From Candidatus Aminicenantes bacterium (GTDB lineage: Bacteria; Acidobacteriota; Aminicenantia; Aminicenantales; UBA4085): a stretch of 64,000 nt of DNA. The stretch lies in assembly GCA_963848835.1 (NCBI GenBank), contig CAWKFB010000006.1, positions 180,279-244,278 on the forward strand, read 5' to 3'. The stretch's first letter is position 1, and the number at the start of each line of letters is the position of its first letter. Below, in pieces: positions 1 through 10,034 of the stretch. Both the position numbers and the translations under genes were made by a program. The notes below the pieces were generated by a model that worked only from the letters and a program-made list of their open reading frames with translations, searched no databases and had not been told where the DNA came from.

Positions 1-1
1 C

Positions 2-568
2 CAATGGATGACCGCCGGAGGCGGGATCATCCATCAGGAGATGCCGCAGGCCCAAAAGGACTTCCTCCGGGGGCTCCAGCTGTGGGTCAACCTCCCGGCG
101 GCGAAGAAGATGATGGCCCCGCGCTACCAGGACATCAAGGCGGCCGACATCCCCGAGGTCAGAGAGGGCTCCGGGGCCGTGGTAAAGGTGATTGCCGGGA
201 CCTACGGCCGCGCCCGCGGGCCGGTCCGGGACATCGTCAGCGATCCCGAGTACCTCGACGTCACGCTTCCGGCCGGAGTCCGGTTCGTCCATGACGTCGA
301 ACCGGACCACACCGCTTTCGTCTATGTCATCGATGGGGGAGGGGGCTTCGACGCCGAGGGCACGGCGCTCGCGGCCGGAAAAGCGGGGCTCTACGGGCCG
401 GGCCGGACGCTCATGGCCGCGGCGGGGAAAGAAGGGGCGCGCTTCATCTGCGTTTCCGGCCGGCCGATCGGAGAGCCCGTCGCCTGGCGCGGTTCGGTCG
501 TCATGAACACCGAGGCCGAGCTCGACCGGGCTTACGCCGAGATCGCCTCCAAGACGTTCATTAAATAA
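2..568 (+). CDS. pirin family protein, C-terminal part (5' end outside window)
   Basis: ORF is open from the window edge. QWMTAGGGIIHQEMP matches the conserved pirin WMTAGxGIxHxE region, followed by a cupin-like C-terminal half. Stop TAA at 566-568. Confidence 0.8.
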   Translation, partial: QWMTAGGGIIHQEMPQAQKDFLRGLQLWVNLPAAKKMMAPRYQDIKAADIPEVREGSGAVVKVIAGTYGRARGPVRDIVSDPEYLDVTLPAGVRFVHDVEPDHTAFVYVIDGGGGFDAEGTALAAGKAGLYGPGRTLMAAAGKEGARFICVSGRPIGEPVAWRGSVVMNTEAELDRAYAEIASKTFIK

Positions 569-661
569 TCGGGGGACGTGGCACTCGTTTCCCGATTATG
601 AAGAGATTTCGACAATATTTATTGTCCGAAACCGGGAAACGAGTGCCACGTCCCCTTATTT
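563..661. terminator. long palindrome H1 at a convergent gene junction (candidate bidirectional terminator or palindromic repeat)
   Basis: Perfect 23-bp arms at 572-594 and 633-655 (GGGGACGTGGCACTCGTTTCCCG). The 38-nt loop holds an inner hairpin GACAAT-ATTT-ATTGTC (611-626). A/T extensions aaataa and ttattt flank the stem. It lies between the pirin stop (568) and the GH28 stop (670). GTCCCCTTATTTA occurs twice, at 650-662 and 664-676. Confidence 0.45.
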
Positions 662-669
662 ACGTCCCC

Positions 670-2282
670 TTATTTAATCGCCGTCGCGGGCACGTCGGCG
701 GAAGAGCGGACGGCGGTTTTCGCCTCCCGGGTGTCGTTGTCCGTGAACAGGAGATTGCGGCTTCGCGGCCCGGAGACGCCGAAAAACGTCCCCGTCCCCG
801 CCGCGGCGCGGCAGTCATGAACCCAGGCATTGCGGACGTCCCGGAGCGCGACGGCGGGGCTCGCGGCGGAAGATTCCGCTTGCCGGGCCGTGATCCCGCG
901 AAGGTCCGCCCCGTCCACGTCCTCGAGGGCGAGGGCGCTCTTCCATTTCTCGTAAGAGGGCCCGTCCCAGACGATCTCGACGTCGCGGAGCTTCAGGTTC
1001 CGCGCCCGCCGGAAGGTCAGCGCGTCCACGGACTTGTCGTAGGGGGCGGCGGGATCGTGGGCGATGAAGAGCTTGACGTTTTCCATGGTGATCCCGTCAA
1101 GCGGGCTGTCCGGGTGCCCCTCGCAGACCGAGGCGCCCATCCCCCGGGCGATCACGTTTGAGATCTTGACGTTGCGAATGATCCCGGCCGGCCGGTCGTC
1201 CTCCGGTTTGAGGCTCTTGTGGACCTCGCTCCGCTTCTTGATGTTGAAGTGGAACGGCTCGCCGTCGCCCCACCAGAACCAGTCGTAGCCGGATGCAGTC
1301 GATGGTCAGGTTGGAGAGGACGACGTTCTCGACGATCCCGCCGTCGAAGTTCATGAAGGCGAGGCCGCGGTTGGAGTTCGTGATGACGCAGTTGTCGATC
1401 GTGACGTTCCGGATGGCGTTCATGTTCCCGTCGCAGAACTTGATCGCGCTCGAAGCCGACGAGAGCCGGCAGTTCGTCACCGTGATGTTCTCGCAGGGCA
1501 GGGCCGGGCCGAACCAGTTCATCGAATAAAAGACGAGGGCGTCGTCGCCGGTCTCGATCGTGCAGTTGGCGATGCGCACGTCCTGGCAGCCGTCCGGGTC
1601 GATGCCGTCCGCCCAGACGCCGTCCTTCAGGCTGGAGCGGATGAAGACGCCGTCGATGACCAGTCCGCCGGCAGCCGTACGAGATGCATCGTCCAGGACG
1701 GCGAATCGAGGAAGGAAATCCGGTGATCCGGACGTCCTTGCAGCGCAAGGAGCAGGACGAGCTTGCCGTACTGGTCCGTCTTCGGAAAGCTGCGGACGAG
1801 CGGCCCAGGCTGAGCTTTTCCAGTCTCGGCCTGGTTCGGATAGATGAAATCGTCGTGGATAGTCGCCCTTGGGCCGCCACTCGTAGTCCGCCTGGCCGTC
1901 GATCGTCCCGCGGCCCTCGAGCGTGATGCCCGCCAGGTCCTCGCCGTAGAACAGGGCCTCCTTGTCGAAGGCCTCCTTGCGCTTGGCGGAGAATAGCGGT
2001 CGCGCCCGCCTCGACATGGAGGCGGACCCTGCTGCGGAGATGGATCGTGCCCGTCGTGTATTCCCCGGGGGGAAGATAGACCATCCCCCCGCCGGCCGCG
2101 GCGCAGGCATCGACGGCCTTCTGGATCGCGGCCTGGGCGTCATCGGACTTGATCCCCGAGGCCCCGAAATCCCGGACATTGAACGCCCCGGGCAGTGACG
2201 CCGGGCGAGGGGAGCACGCCGCGAAGGCGAGGAGCAGGACCGCGGAGGCAGCCCGAACGGCCGTTTTCAGCCGGGCGGTCAT
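670..2282 (-). pseudogene. glycoside hydrolase family 28 (polygalacturonase-like) lipoprotein, broken by about 7 frameshifts
   Basis: Lipoprotein signal MTARLKTAVRAASAVLLLAFAAC. Parallel beta-helix motifs (CKDVRITG, SPSWTMHL, GIDPDGCQDVRIANCTIETGDDALVF, NVTIDNCVI) are spread over three minus-strand frames. Shifts lie near 1997, 1858, 1746, 1720 (deletion), 1680, 1667 and 1288. Length check: 1613 nt minus 6 insertions plus 1 deletion gives 1608 nt, or 536 codons. Confidence 0.8.
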
Positions 2283-2437
2283 CCGCGCCGCCCCCGGCCC
2301 ATCGTCCGCCCCGCCGCGCGTTTCGTCTGCATTTTTTGGATCGATCGCGCGGCCGTCGGGTTCCACTTGCCGAGCTTCTTGTTCACGAACCGGGTCTTCT
2401 TGTTCGCGGCGCCCTTTTTGAACGGAATCGCGGTCAT
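2279..2437 (-). CDS. hypothetical small basic protein (52 aa)
   Basis: ATG at 2437 with GGGAGG about 6 nt upstream. Third codon positions are strongly G/C. The TGA stop overlaps the GH28 ATG (ATGA at 2279-2282). Sequence is K/R-rich (MTAIPFKKGAANKKTRFVNKKLGKW...). No family recognised. Confidence 0.4.
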   Translation of the reverse strand: MTAIPFKKGAANKKTRFVNKKLGKWNPTAARSIQKMQTKRAAGRTMGRGRRG

Positions 2438-2595
2438 CACGTTCCTCCCGGCCGTAACCACGGCCGTAAGCTCGATTACCCTCGCCTGCCGGATTATATG
2501 CGGGAGCCGCCGCCCGGGCAACCCACCCCCGCTGCCTCCCTGACAACCTGTTGGCCGGATTGACAGGCCTACGACGATTTGTTACCGTCCCGGCA

Positions 2596-5500
2596 ATGGG
2601 AGCCTCGAAGCCGACTCTCTCGTCCGACGCGGAGATCAACTTCCCGGAGTTCGTCCTCCTGAACGCTTCGGCCGGGGCGGGGAAGACCTACCAGTTGTCG
2701 CTCCGGTTCGTCCAATTCCTCCTCTCCGACGCGATCGCCGAGAAGATGAAAGAGCCCGGTTCCGAAGCGGCGTCCGGTTTGCGCAATCTCCTCGCCATCA
2801 CCTTCACCAAGAACGCGGCCCGGGAGATGAAAGCGCGGATCCTGGGCCGGCTCAAGAAGGCGGCGCTCGGAGACCCGAAAGCGCTCGATGAGCTCGGCGC
2901 CGTGATCTCGGCCCCGCGGGAGGAGATCCAAGAGAAGGCCTTCGGGGCGGTCGAGGACATCATCGAGGGGTATTCGGACCTCCGCGTCGACACGATCGAT
3001 AGCTTCATGTCCGAGGTCTTCCGGGCATCGACCCTGGACCTCGGGATTTCGCCCGACTACGAGATCTCCCTGGAAGGGGCCGAGATCTTCGACTACGCCT
3101 TCCAGCGGTATCTCCGCCGGGTCGGGTCGGGCACTCCGGAAGGAGCCCGGTTCCTCGAGATCACCGGGGATGTCATGTCCTTCGTCCGGGAGGACGGAGC
3201 CTTCATCTGGGACCCCGCGGCCGTCATCGGGGAGAAGCTCACCTCGCTGACCGGCAAGCTGGCCGCCCGGACCTTGCCTCCGGACCTGACCGACCATCGG
3301 CGGGCGATGGGGCCGCTCGAAATGAGGATCAAGGTCCTCGTCGAGCGCATAGCTGCGTCGATCGAGGCGGCGGGCCTCGATCTCAACGCCCAGTGCCATT
3401 TCGGCAAATGGATGAGGGAGGCCGCCTCCGCCGGCCATTTCGTCAAGTTCCTCGATGCGAGCTTCAAGTCGTTTCCGATCAAGAAGCCGAAGGGCGAGGC
3501 CCCTGCGGAGTGCGGGGCGATCGAGCGGGACTGGCCTGAGCTCGAAGAGGCCGTCCGGGCCTACCGGGGCCGCTATGCCCGGGGCTTTTTCCTTCCCTAC
3601 CTCGAAGCCCGGGACAAGCTGGCCGCCACGCTCGCGGAGGTCAAAGCGCGGCGGGGGATTGTCATCCTCGAGGACGTATACACGCAGCTGCACCGCCTCC
3701 TCGGCCGCGGCGAAGTCCCGGAAGTCTATTTCCGGCTCGGGGACCAGATCTTCCACTACCTGATCGACGAGTTCCAGGACACCTCTCCGATCCAATGGGC
3801 GGTGCTGGAGCCGCTCATCGAAAACTCACTCGGCGGGAGGGGGAGCCTCCTCCTCGTCGGGGACACGAAACAGGCCATCTACGGATTTCGCAATGCCGAC
3901 TTCGAGATTCAGGCCGGGATCGTGCGGCAAGCAGGCTCCTTCGAGCCGTTCCCCTCGGTGGAAACCGTCGTCAAGCCGATGGCCGAGAACCACCGGAGCT
4001 GCGGCCGCGTCCTCGAATTCGTCAAGACCGTCTTTCACGGGAATGTGGCCGCGTCGGAGGAATACAGGGATGCGGCCAAGCTCAGCGGCTTGAACGATTT
4101 TGTGCAGGACGTTCCCGCCGAGCGCCGCGCGTCCGGCTACGCCGAATACGCCGAGATCCCCCGCGACGACGAGTCGTGGCCGGAAAAGAAGGAGGTCCAG
4201 GAGCGCGTCCTCGACCTGCTCCGGCGCGGCTTCCGCTTCCGGGACATCGGCATCCTCACCCTCAAGAACGAGTCCGTCGTCCGGATCGCCTCCTGGCTGA
4301 ACGAGATCGAGTTCGGGGGCCGGAGCGTGCCGTTCATCCCTTTCAGCAGCCTCGATATCCGCAAGCGCAAGATCACGGGCGAGATCCTCTCCTTCCTCAA
4401 GTTCCTGGACTCGCCCCCCGACGACCTAGCGTTCGCTGCGTTCCTCCAGAGCGATCTCCTCGCCGAGCGCCTGGTCCGTGATCCGGAGGAGCCGTTCACC
4501 CGTCGCGAGGAGTGGGCGGACCGGGTCCGGCGGTTCCTCTTCGAACGGCGGACGGAGCGCCGCAGCGGGCCTGCCTACACGGATTTCCGCTCGACCTTCG
4601 ATTCCATTTGGAAGAAGTATGTCGGACCCTATTTCAAGGCGGTCGGCTACTTCCCGCTCTATGATCTCGTGACCGAGATCTATCGCGGCTTTGACGTCTT
4701 CAGGAATTTCCCCAGCGAGGAAGCGGCCCTGGCCAAGTTCCTCGAAGCCATCAAGGATTTCGAGGGGATGGGCAAGAACGACCTCGGGGCGTTCCTCTCC
4801 GAAGCGGCATCCGACGAGCGCAGGGAATCGAAGTTGGATATCGATGTCCCCGTAGACATCGACGCGGTCCGGATCATGAGCATCCACAAGGCCAAGGGCC
4901 TTGGGTTCCCGGCCGTGATCCTCCTCCTCTACGGAGAACGGTTTCAGGCTTCGGAATTCTATCTCAGCGACAAAGACGGCTGCGTCCGCGTCCTCCGGCT
5001 GAACGAGACGCTGGCCGGCGCGGACGACGACCTGGAGGAGGTCTACCGTGCGGCCAGGGAGCGGGACCGCGTCGACCGCCTCAACACGCTCTATGTGGGA
5101 TTGACCCGGGCCAAGCAGGAGCTCCACGTCCTCGGGGTGAAGCGCGACAAGGAATCCTATCCCTTCGATTTCTTCGCCGGCTTGGGCGCCCGGCCGCTCG
5201 GAGAAAAAGGGCCGAGCCTCGAAGGGGCCCCGGCGGAAGAAGCGGGTCCGGAGCCCCGCCTCGAGCGGTTCGGAGACGCGGACGTCGTCGGGCGCTCGTT
5301 TACGCCGAGGGGCGCCCTGAGCGACCGCGGCATCCTTCGGGGGATCCACGCCCACGCCATCCTTGCCGGCATCGAATACGTCCGCACCTCATGGGCCGAG
5401 GAGGTCCGGCGGGCGATGGACGGATTGATCATTCCGGAATCGGAGCGGCCGCTGGCCGAGGACGCGGGCCGCGCGATCGCCGCCTATTTCGAGGCGTCCG

Positions 5501-5793
5501 AGCTCTCCGCTCTCTTCGCCGACCGGCCCGGACGGCGCGTCCTGACCGAATTCGATATCTGCGACGCCTCCGGGAACGTCCTCCGGATCGACCGCGCCGT
5601 CGTCGATCCGGGCGCCGTCGCTGTCCTGGACTTCAAGACGGGAAAAGAGTCCGAAGGCGGCGGCAAGCGGGCCGCCGAGGACAGGGCTCAGATGGAAGCC
5701 TATCTCGGGATCATGAGACAGGTCTACCCTGGGCGCGTGGTGGCCGGGATCCTCGCCCATATTGACCAGGGCCGGTGGGAGCGGGTGCCGTGA
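2596..5793 (+). CDS. UvrD/Rep-type helicase with C-terminal PD-(D/E)XK nuclease (AddA/RecB-like)
   Basis: Walker A NASAGAGKT, then DEFQDTSPIQW, VGDTKQAIYGFR, SIHKAKGLGFPAV and YVGLTRAK. C-terminal nuclease motif RIDRAVVD...VLDFKTGK. An alternative TTG start lies at 2551. Confidence 0.85.
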   Translation: MGASKPTLSSDAEINFPEFVLLNASAGAGKTYQLSLRFVQFLLSDAIAEKMKEPGSEAASGLRNLLAITFTKNAAREMKARILGRLKKAALGDPKALDELGAVISAPREEIQEKAFGAVEDIIEGYSDLRVDTIDSFMSEVFRASTLDLGISPDYEISLEGAEIFDYAFQRYLRRVGSGTPEGARFLEITGDVMSFVREDGAFIWDPAAVIGEKLTSLTGKLAARTLPPDLTDHRRAMGPLEMRIKVLVERIAASIEAAGLDLNAQCHFGKWMREAASAGHFVKFLDASFKSFPIKKPKGEAPAECGAIERDWPELEEAVRAYRGRYARGFFLPYLEARDKLAATLAEVKARRGIVILEDVYTQLHRLLGRGEVPEVYFRLGDQIFHYLIDEFQDTSPIQWAVLEPLIENSLGGRGSLLLVGDTKQAIYGFRNADFEIQAGIVRQAGSFEPFPSVETVVKPMAENHRSCGRVLEFVKTVFHGNVAASEEYRDAAKLSGLNDFVQDVPAERRASGYAEYAEIPRDDESWPEKKEVQERVLDLLRRGFRFRDIGILTLKNESVVRIASWLNEIEFGGRSVPFIPFSSLDIRKRKITGEILSFLKFLDSPPDDLAFAAFLQSDLLAERLVRDPEEPFTRREEWADRVRRFLFERRTERRSGPAYTDFRSTFDSIWKKYVGPYFKAVGYFPLYDLVTEIYRGFDVFRNFPSEEAALAKFLEAIKDFEGMGKNDLGAFLSEAASDERRESKLDIDVPVDIDAVRIMSIHKAKGLGFPAVILLLYGERFQASEFYLSDKDGCVRVLRLNETLAGADDDLEEVYRAARERDRVDRLNTLYVGLTRAKQELHVLGVKRDKESYPFDFFAGLGARPLGEKGPSLEGAPAEEAGPEPRLERFGDADVVGRSFTPRGALSDRGILRGIHAHAILAGIEYVRTSWAEEVRRAMDGLIIPESERPLAEDAGRAIAAYFEASELSALFADRPGRRVLTEFDICDASGNVLRIDRAVVDPGAVAVLDFKTGKESEGGGKRAAEDRAQMEAYLGIMRQVYPGRVVAGILAHIDQGRWERVP

Positions 5794-8719
5794 GCGTCGT
5801 CCTCGTCCCGCCTCGATCCGGCCTGATCGCCGCCCTGGCCGACCGCCTCCGTCCCAGGGGCAAGGACTATTCGGGAGCCTGGATCGTCTTTCCTGAAAAG
5901 CGGCCCGGCTATCATCTCCGGAAAGCGCTGGCTGGGCGCGAAGGCACGGGCTTCGTTCCGCCCCGGATCGATTCCTTCGACGGGTTCGTCGACCGCGTCT
6001 TCGAAGAGCGCCTGAAGCGGGCCGCGCCGCTCCTCGACCCGCTCGACGCGGTCAAGATCCTGTTCGACATCCATCGCTCCGGGCCGGCCCCTCTCGACGG
6101 CCTGCCGTACGTCCACCCGGACGACTTCTTCGCTTTCGGACATAAGATGTACGCCGACCTAGAGGGTCTGATCGAAGCCGGAGTCGGCCCGGCGAAGCTC
6201 CGCGAGCTCGACATCGTCGCCGAAGAGGGCCGCGAGCGCAAGATCCCGAAGCGGTCCCGCGGCCGCCTCCAATCCCTCTCGTTCTTCCTGGAGAGATTCT
6301 CCGCAGCCGTCGCCGCGGACGGCCTCTCGACCCCGGCCTCGCGCAAGGCCGAGGTCGCGGCCGCGATGGGTCCCGGCCTCTTTCCGCCGGACGAAGATCT
6401 CTTCTTCGCGGGGTTCTTCGTCCTGACCGAAATGGAACGACGGATCCTCCACGCGGCGGCGGAACGGCCCCGGACGACCCTTCTCTTCCTCGAGGGGCGC
6501 GGGATCGAATCGGCTCCTCGCCGCGATCGGCGCCGAACCGGGTTCGGCCGAGTGCACGGCCGCGGCGCCGGGCCCGCCCCCGCGGCTGAATTTCACCAAG
6601 AGCCCCGACACCCACGGCCAGGTCTTCGCCCTGAACGGCTGGCTCGCGGACCGGCGATCCGCTCCCGGCGGGCTCGACGACCGGAGCGTCGTCGTCCTGC
6701 CCGCGGCGGAGTCTCTTTTCCCGCGTCTATCACCAGACGCTGGCCGCCCTCCCCGAGGACGGCTTCAACATCTCCATGGGCTACCCGCTTTCCCGGACGC
6801 CGCTCTTCACGTTCTTCGAGCACCTCTTCGAGGTCCTCCGGACGCGCGATGACGACGGCCGCGTTTTCGGCCCCCGCTATCTCAACTTCGTTCTCCATCC
6901 CTACACGAAGAACATCTTCTACCGCGACCGGTCGGGCGAGCGCCCCGACGTGACCCGCGTCCTGTTTCATGCCTTCGAGGAGCATTTCGCCCGGAAGGGC
7001 ATGAGCGCGTTCTGGTCGCTCGAGGAGCTCGAAACGGAGGGGAACCTGTGGGCAACGGTCGACGAGCTCTCCAAATCGCTCGAGGACCGGCCGCTCCGCG
7101 GCGAGCTCCGAGACCATCTCCGGTCCATCCATGACGGGACGCTCCGGGACTTCGCCGAGATCCGCGACGCGGCCGATTTCGGCCGGAAGGTCAACCGCGT
7201 CCTCGAGTACGTATACGCCCACTCGTCCGCCCGCCAGCATCCCTTCTTCTATCCCTTCGCCGAGGCCTTCCGGAAGCGTTTCGAAGCGCTGGCCGGGTCG
7301 CGGTTCGGGACGGTCGCCTTCGAGGATCCGTCGAGCTATTTTCACTTGTTCCGGAAGATCGTGACCGGGGGCAACGTCCCCTTCGCCGGGACGCCTTTGC
7401 GCGGGCTCCAGGTCCTCGGCTTCTGGGAGACGCGCGGCATTCCCTTTGAGGATGTCGCCCTCCTCGACGCCAACGAGGGCGTCCTGCCGGCGTTCCCGCG
7501 CTCGGACACGCTCCTGCCCCGCGCCGTCCGAAAAGCTCTCGGCCTGCCCACCTATGCCGACCTCGAGCGGCAAATGGCCTATCACCTCGAGGCGCTCGTC
7601 CGGGGCGCCCGGCGGGTCCAGGTCTTCTATGTCGAAAACAAAGACCGGGAGCGGAGCCGGTTCGTGGAAAGAATCCTCTGGGATCTGGAAAAAGACGGCG
7701 GCGGGCCCCGCGGGAACGGATCCGTCGGCGCCGTCCGGTACGCGGTCGATCTCCGGACGGGAGATCCGGGCCCGGTCGCGAAGACTGCGGACATATTGGC
7801 ATTCCTCCGGGATTTCCGTTATTCCGCTTCGAGCCTCAACACCTACCTCGCTTGTCCGCTCAGCTTTTTCAACGCCCACGTCCTCGGCTTGCGCGAGCGG
7901 GAGTCCGCCGAGGATTCGCTCGAAAGCAAGGACATCGGGTCCCTCGTCCACGCCGTTCTCGAGGACCTCTACCGGCCGTTCGTCGGGAAGACCTTCAAAG
8001 CGTCCGATCTCGGGCGGGCCGGTCTCGAAGCCGCCGTCGAGAGGCGTTTCGGAGAGCGCTTCGGACGGGATCCGAGGGGCGGCGCTTTCCTCCTCAAGCA
8101 CCAGGTCGTCCGGCATCTCCGGGCGTTCCTGTCCCGGTACCAGGCGGAGGTCCTGGCGGACCAGCCCTCAGGCTCGATCAAGCTCCTCGAGCTCGAGACG
8201 AAGCGCGACCTCGAGCTTGCTTTCGGAACTGATTCCTATCCGGCCACGGTCAAGGCCGACCGGGTCGAGGAGAGGAACGGCGTCCTCCACATCTTGGATT
8301 ACAAGACCGGGGCGGGCTCGAAATTCCATGAGATCGGGTTCCATAAGCTGGCGGAGGTTTCGCCGAGTGAGCTTCTCTCAAAGCCGAGGGCCCATTATCC
8401 GGTCGCCTTCAAGAGCGTTCAGATCCCCTTTTATATCCTGGCCTTCTCCCGGCTTTTCGGGATCGCCCGGGAATCCGTCGAAGGCAAGATCGTACTGCTC
8501 GGCAAGACGTCGCCCGACGCGCGATGCGAGTTTTCCCCCTTGGATTCGAAGAGTCGAAAGGACGTCATGCCGCGGGAGCGGAAGCTCGAGATGATGGAAG
8601 CGGTCATCCACGGTCTGCTCCGTGAGATCAACGATCCGGCGGTCCCCTTCGTCCCGGCCGAAGACGCCGCTCTGTGCGCCGAGTGCCCCTACGCCGTCAC
8701 CTGTGATCGCTTAAGTTGA
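5790..8719 (+). pseudogene. AddB-like PD-(D/E)XK nuclease partner, two +1 frameshifts
   Basis: GTG at 5790 overlaps the upstream stop (GTGA). Sensible protein continues across three frames joined near 6510 and 6722. C-terminal nuclease motif HILDYKTG and terminal cysteines CAECPYAVTC resemble AddB-type Fe-S nucleases. Length check: 2930 nt minus 2 gives 2928 nt. Confidence 0.75.
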
Positions 8720-9805
8720 TTTCCTGAGCTCGGCGCAGGTGATGCCCCTGGGATTGAAGCACTTGTTGCAGGAGATGCAGGCGGATTTGGCGATGCGGCC
8801 GGTCCGGAAATCGCGGACGAGGAACGGTTCGCGGATGAACGGCCGGCTGAGCGAAACCATGTCGGCCCGGCCCGAGGCGACGATCCTCTCCATGGCGGCC
8901 AGGGTCCTGTTCCCGCCCAGGCCGATGATCGGGACGGGAAGGGCTTTCTTGAATTTCGACGCGGCCTCGACGAAATAGCCCTCTTCGCTCTCGGCGCGGA
9001 GCCCCTGCCATATCGAGCCCCGGCCCGCTTCGGAAGAGCCTCCGCTAACTTCGATCGCGTCCAGCCCGGCTTCGACCGCCCGCCCAGCCATCTCCAGGCT
9101 ATCCTCGACCTCGAGTCCTCCCGGAAGATAATCAGCGGAATTCCATTTGGCAATGACGGGGAAATCTTTGCCCGCGATCGTTTTGACGGCCCGGACGATC
9201 TCGACGATGGCGCGGACCCGGTTTTCAGCCGAGCCGCCCCATTCGTCCGCGCGCCGGTTGGTATAAGGCGAAAGGAACGCGCTCAGCAGATAGCCATGGG
9301 CGGCGTGGACCTGGACGCCGTCGAAGCCCGCCTCCTTGGCCCGGCGGCCGGCGGCGGCGAAGTCGCGGATGAGGGCCCGGATCTCCTCTCCGGTCAACTC
9401 ACGCGGCAGGACCTTGACCACCGGCTCGAAGACCGCGGACGGGGCGACGGGAATGCCGCCGGCGAGCTTTTCCTTCGTCTGCCGCCCGGCGTGGGCGATC
9501 TGGACGAAGATCTTGGAGGCGTAGCGATGGACGGCGGCCGAGATCCGGCTCAGAGGCTCGATCAACCGGTCTTCGTAGATGCCGGTCTGGCGCGGGCTGG
9601 CCTTTCCGATGGGCTGGACATAGGCGTGTCCGGTGATGATCAGGCCGACCTCGCCCTCGGCGAGACGAGCGAAGAGCTCGACGTGGCGGTCCGATGGCGC
9701 CCCGTCGTCCTCGCCGGCCATGAACTCATGCGTGGCCGAGCGGACGAAGCGGTTCGGGATCGCGGCGCCGGCGATCCGGATGGGGGTGAACAGGATCGAT
9801 TCCAT
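8711..9805 (-). CDS. NADH:flavin oxidoreductase, Old Yellow Enzyme family
   Basis: Intact 364-aa ORF. N-terminal FTPIRIAGAAIPNRFVRSATHE, QIAHAGRQ and HAAHGYLLSAFLSPYTNRRADEWGGS are typical OYE/TIM-barrel flavoenzyme motifs. Confidence 0.9.
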   Translation of the reverse strand: MESILFTPIRIAGAAIPNRFVRSATHEFMAGEDDGAPSDRHVELFARLAEGEVGLIITGHAYVQPIGKASPRQTGIYEDRLIEPLSRISAAVHRYASKIFVQIAHAGRQTKEKLAGGIPVAPSAVFEPVVKVLPRELTGEEIRALIRDFAAAGRRAKEAGFDGVQVHAAHGYLLSAFLSPYTNRRADEWGGSAENRVRAIVEIVRAVKTIAGKDFPVIAKWNSADYLPGGLEVEDSLEMAGRAVEAGLDAIEVSGGSSEAGRGSIWQGLRAESEEGYFVEAASKFKKALPVPIIGLGGNRTLAAMERIVASGRADMVSLSRPFIREPFLVRDFRTGRIAKSACISCNKCFNPRGITCAELRKST

Positions 9806-9873
9806 GCCGCGTATTCTAGACGATTTCTGTCCGTCGGCAAAGCATACGAAGGAAGGCGGGGCTCCCGGGGTTT

Positions 9874-9923
9874 CGGCAAGGGCGGTCTCGCTCGGCGGGA
9901 AATCCTGACGCTCTGCCTGTCAT
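9874..9923 (+). repeat. repeat module X, copy 1
   Basis: 50 nt matching 53213-53262 with one mismatch. The last 44 nt (GGGCGGTCTCGCTCGGCGGGAAATCCTGACGCTCTGCCTGTCAT) are identical. Confidence 0.85.
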
Positions 9924-9944
9924 TCGAGCTCCTAGGATCGCTCC

Positions 9945-10034
9945 GGGATTGCCCCACGCTCACGTTGGAACCCTTCTGGTTCCCCCCGAATTAGGCGGGG
10001 CCCCCCCTCCTGATGTTCGCTTTGGGGCAATCCC
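9945..10034 (+). repeat. repeat module W, full copy (hairpin-closed, about 90 nt)
   Basis: 12-bp closing helix 9945-9956 / 10023-10034. Inner hairpins GGAACC-CTTCT-GGTTCC (9967-9983) and CCCC-loop-GGGG (9984-10000). Near-identical inverted copy at 53820-53912, with partial copies at 53745-53800 and 39119-39180. Confidence 0.8.

Noticed and set aside
2596-8719. The helicase-nuclease pair as a novel anti-phage defence system.
   Set aside because: The domain order (UvrD helicase with a RecB-type nuclease, followed by a nuclease with terminal cysteines) and the GTGA coupling match ordinary AddAB-type recombination and repair enzymes. No other defence genes are adjacent.
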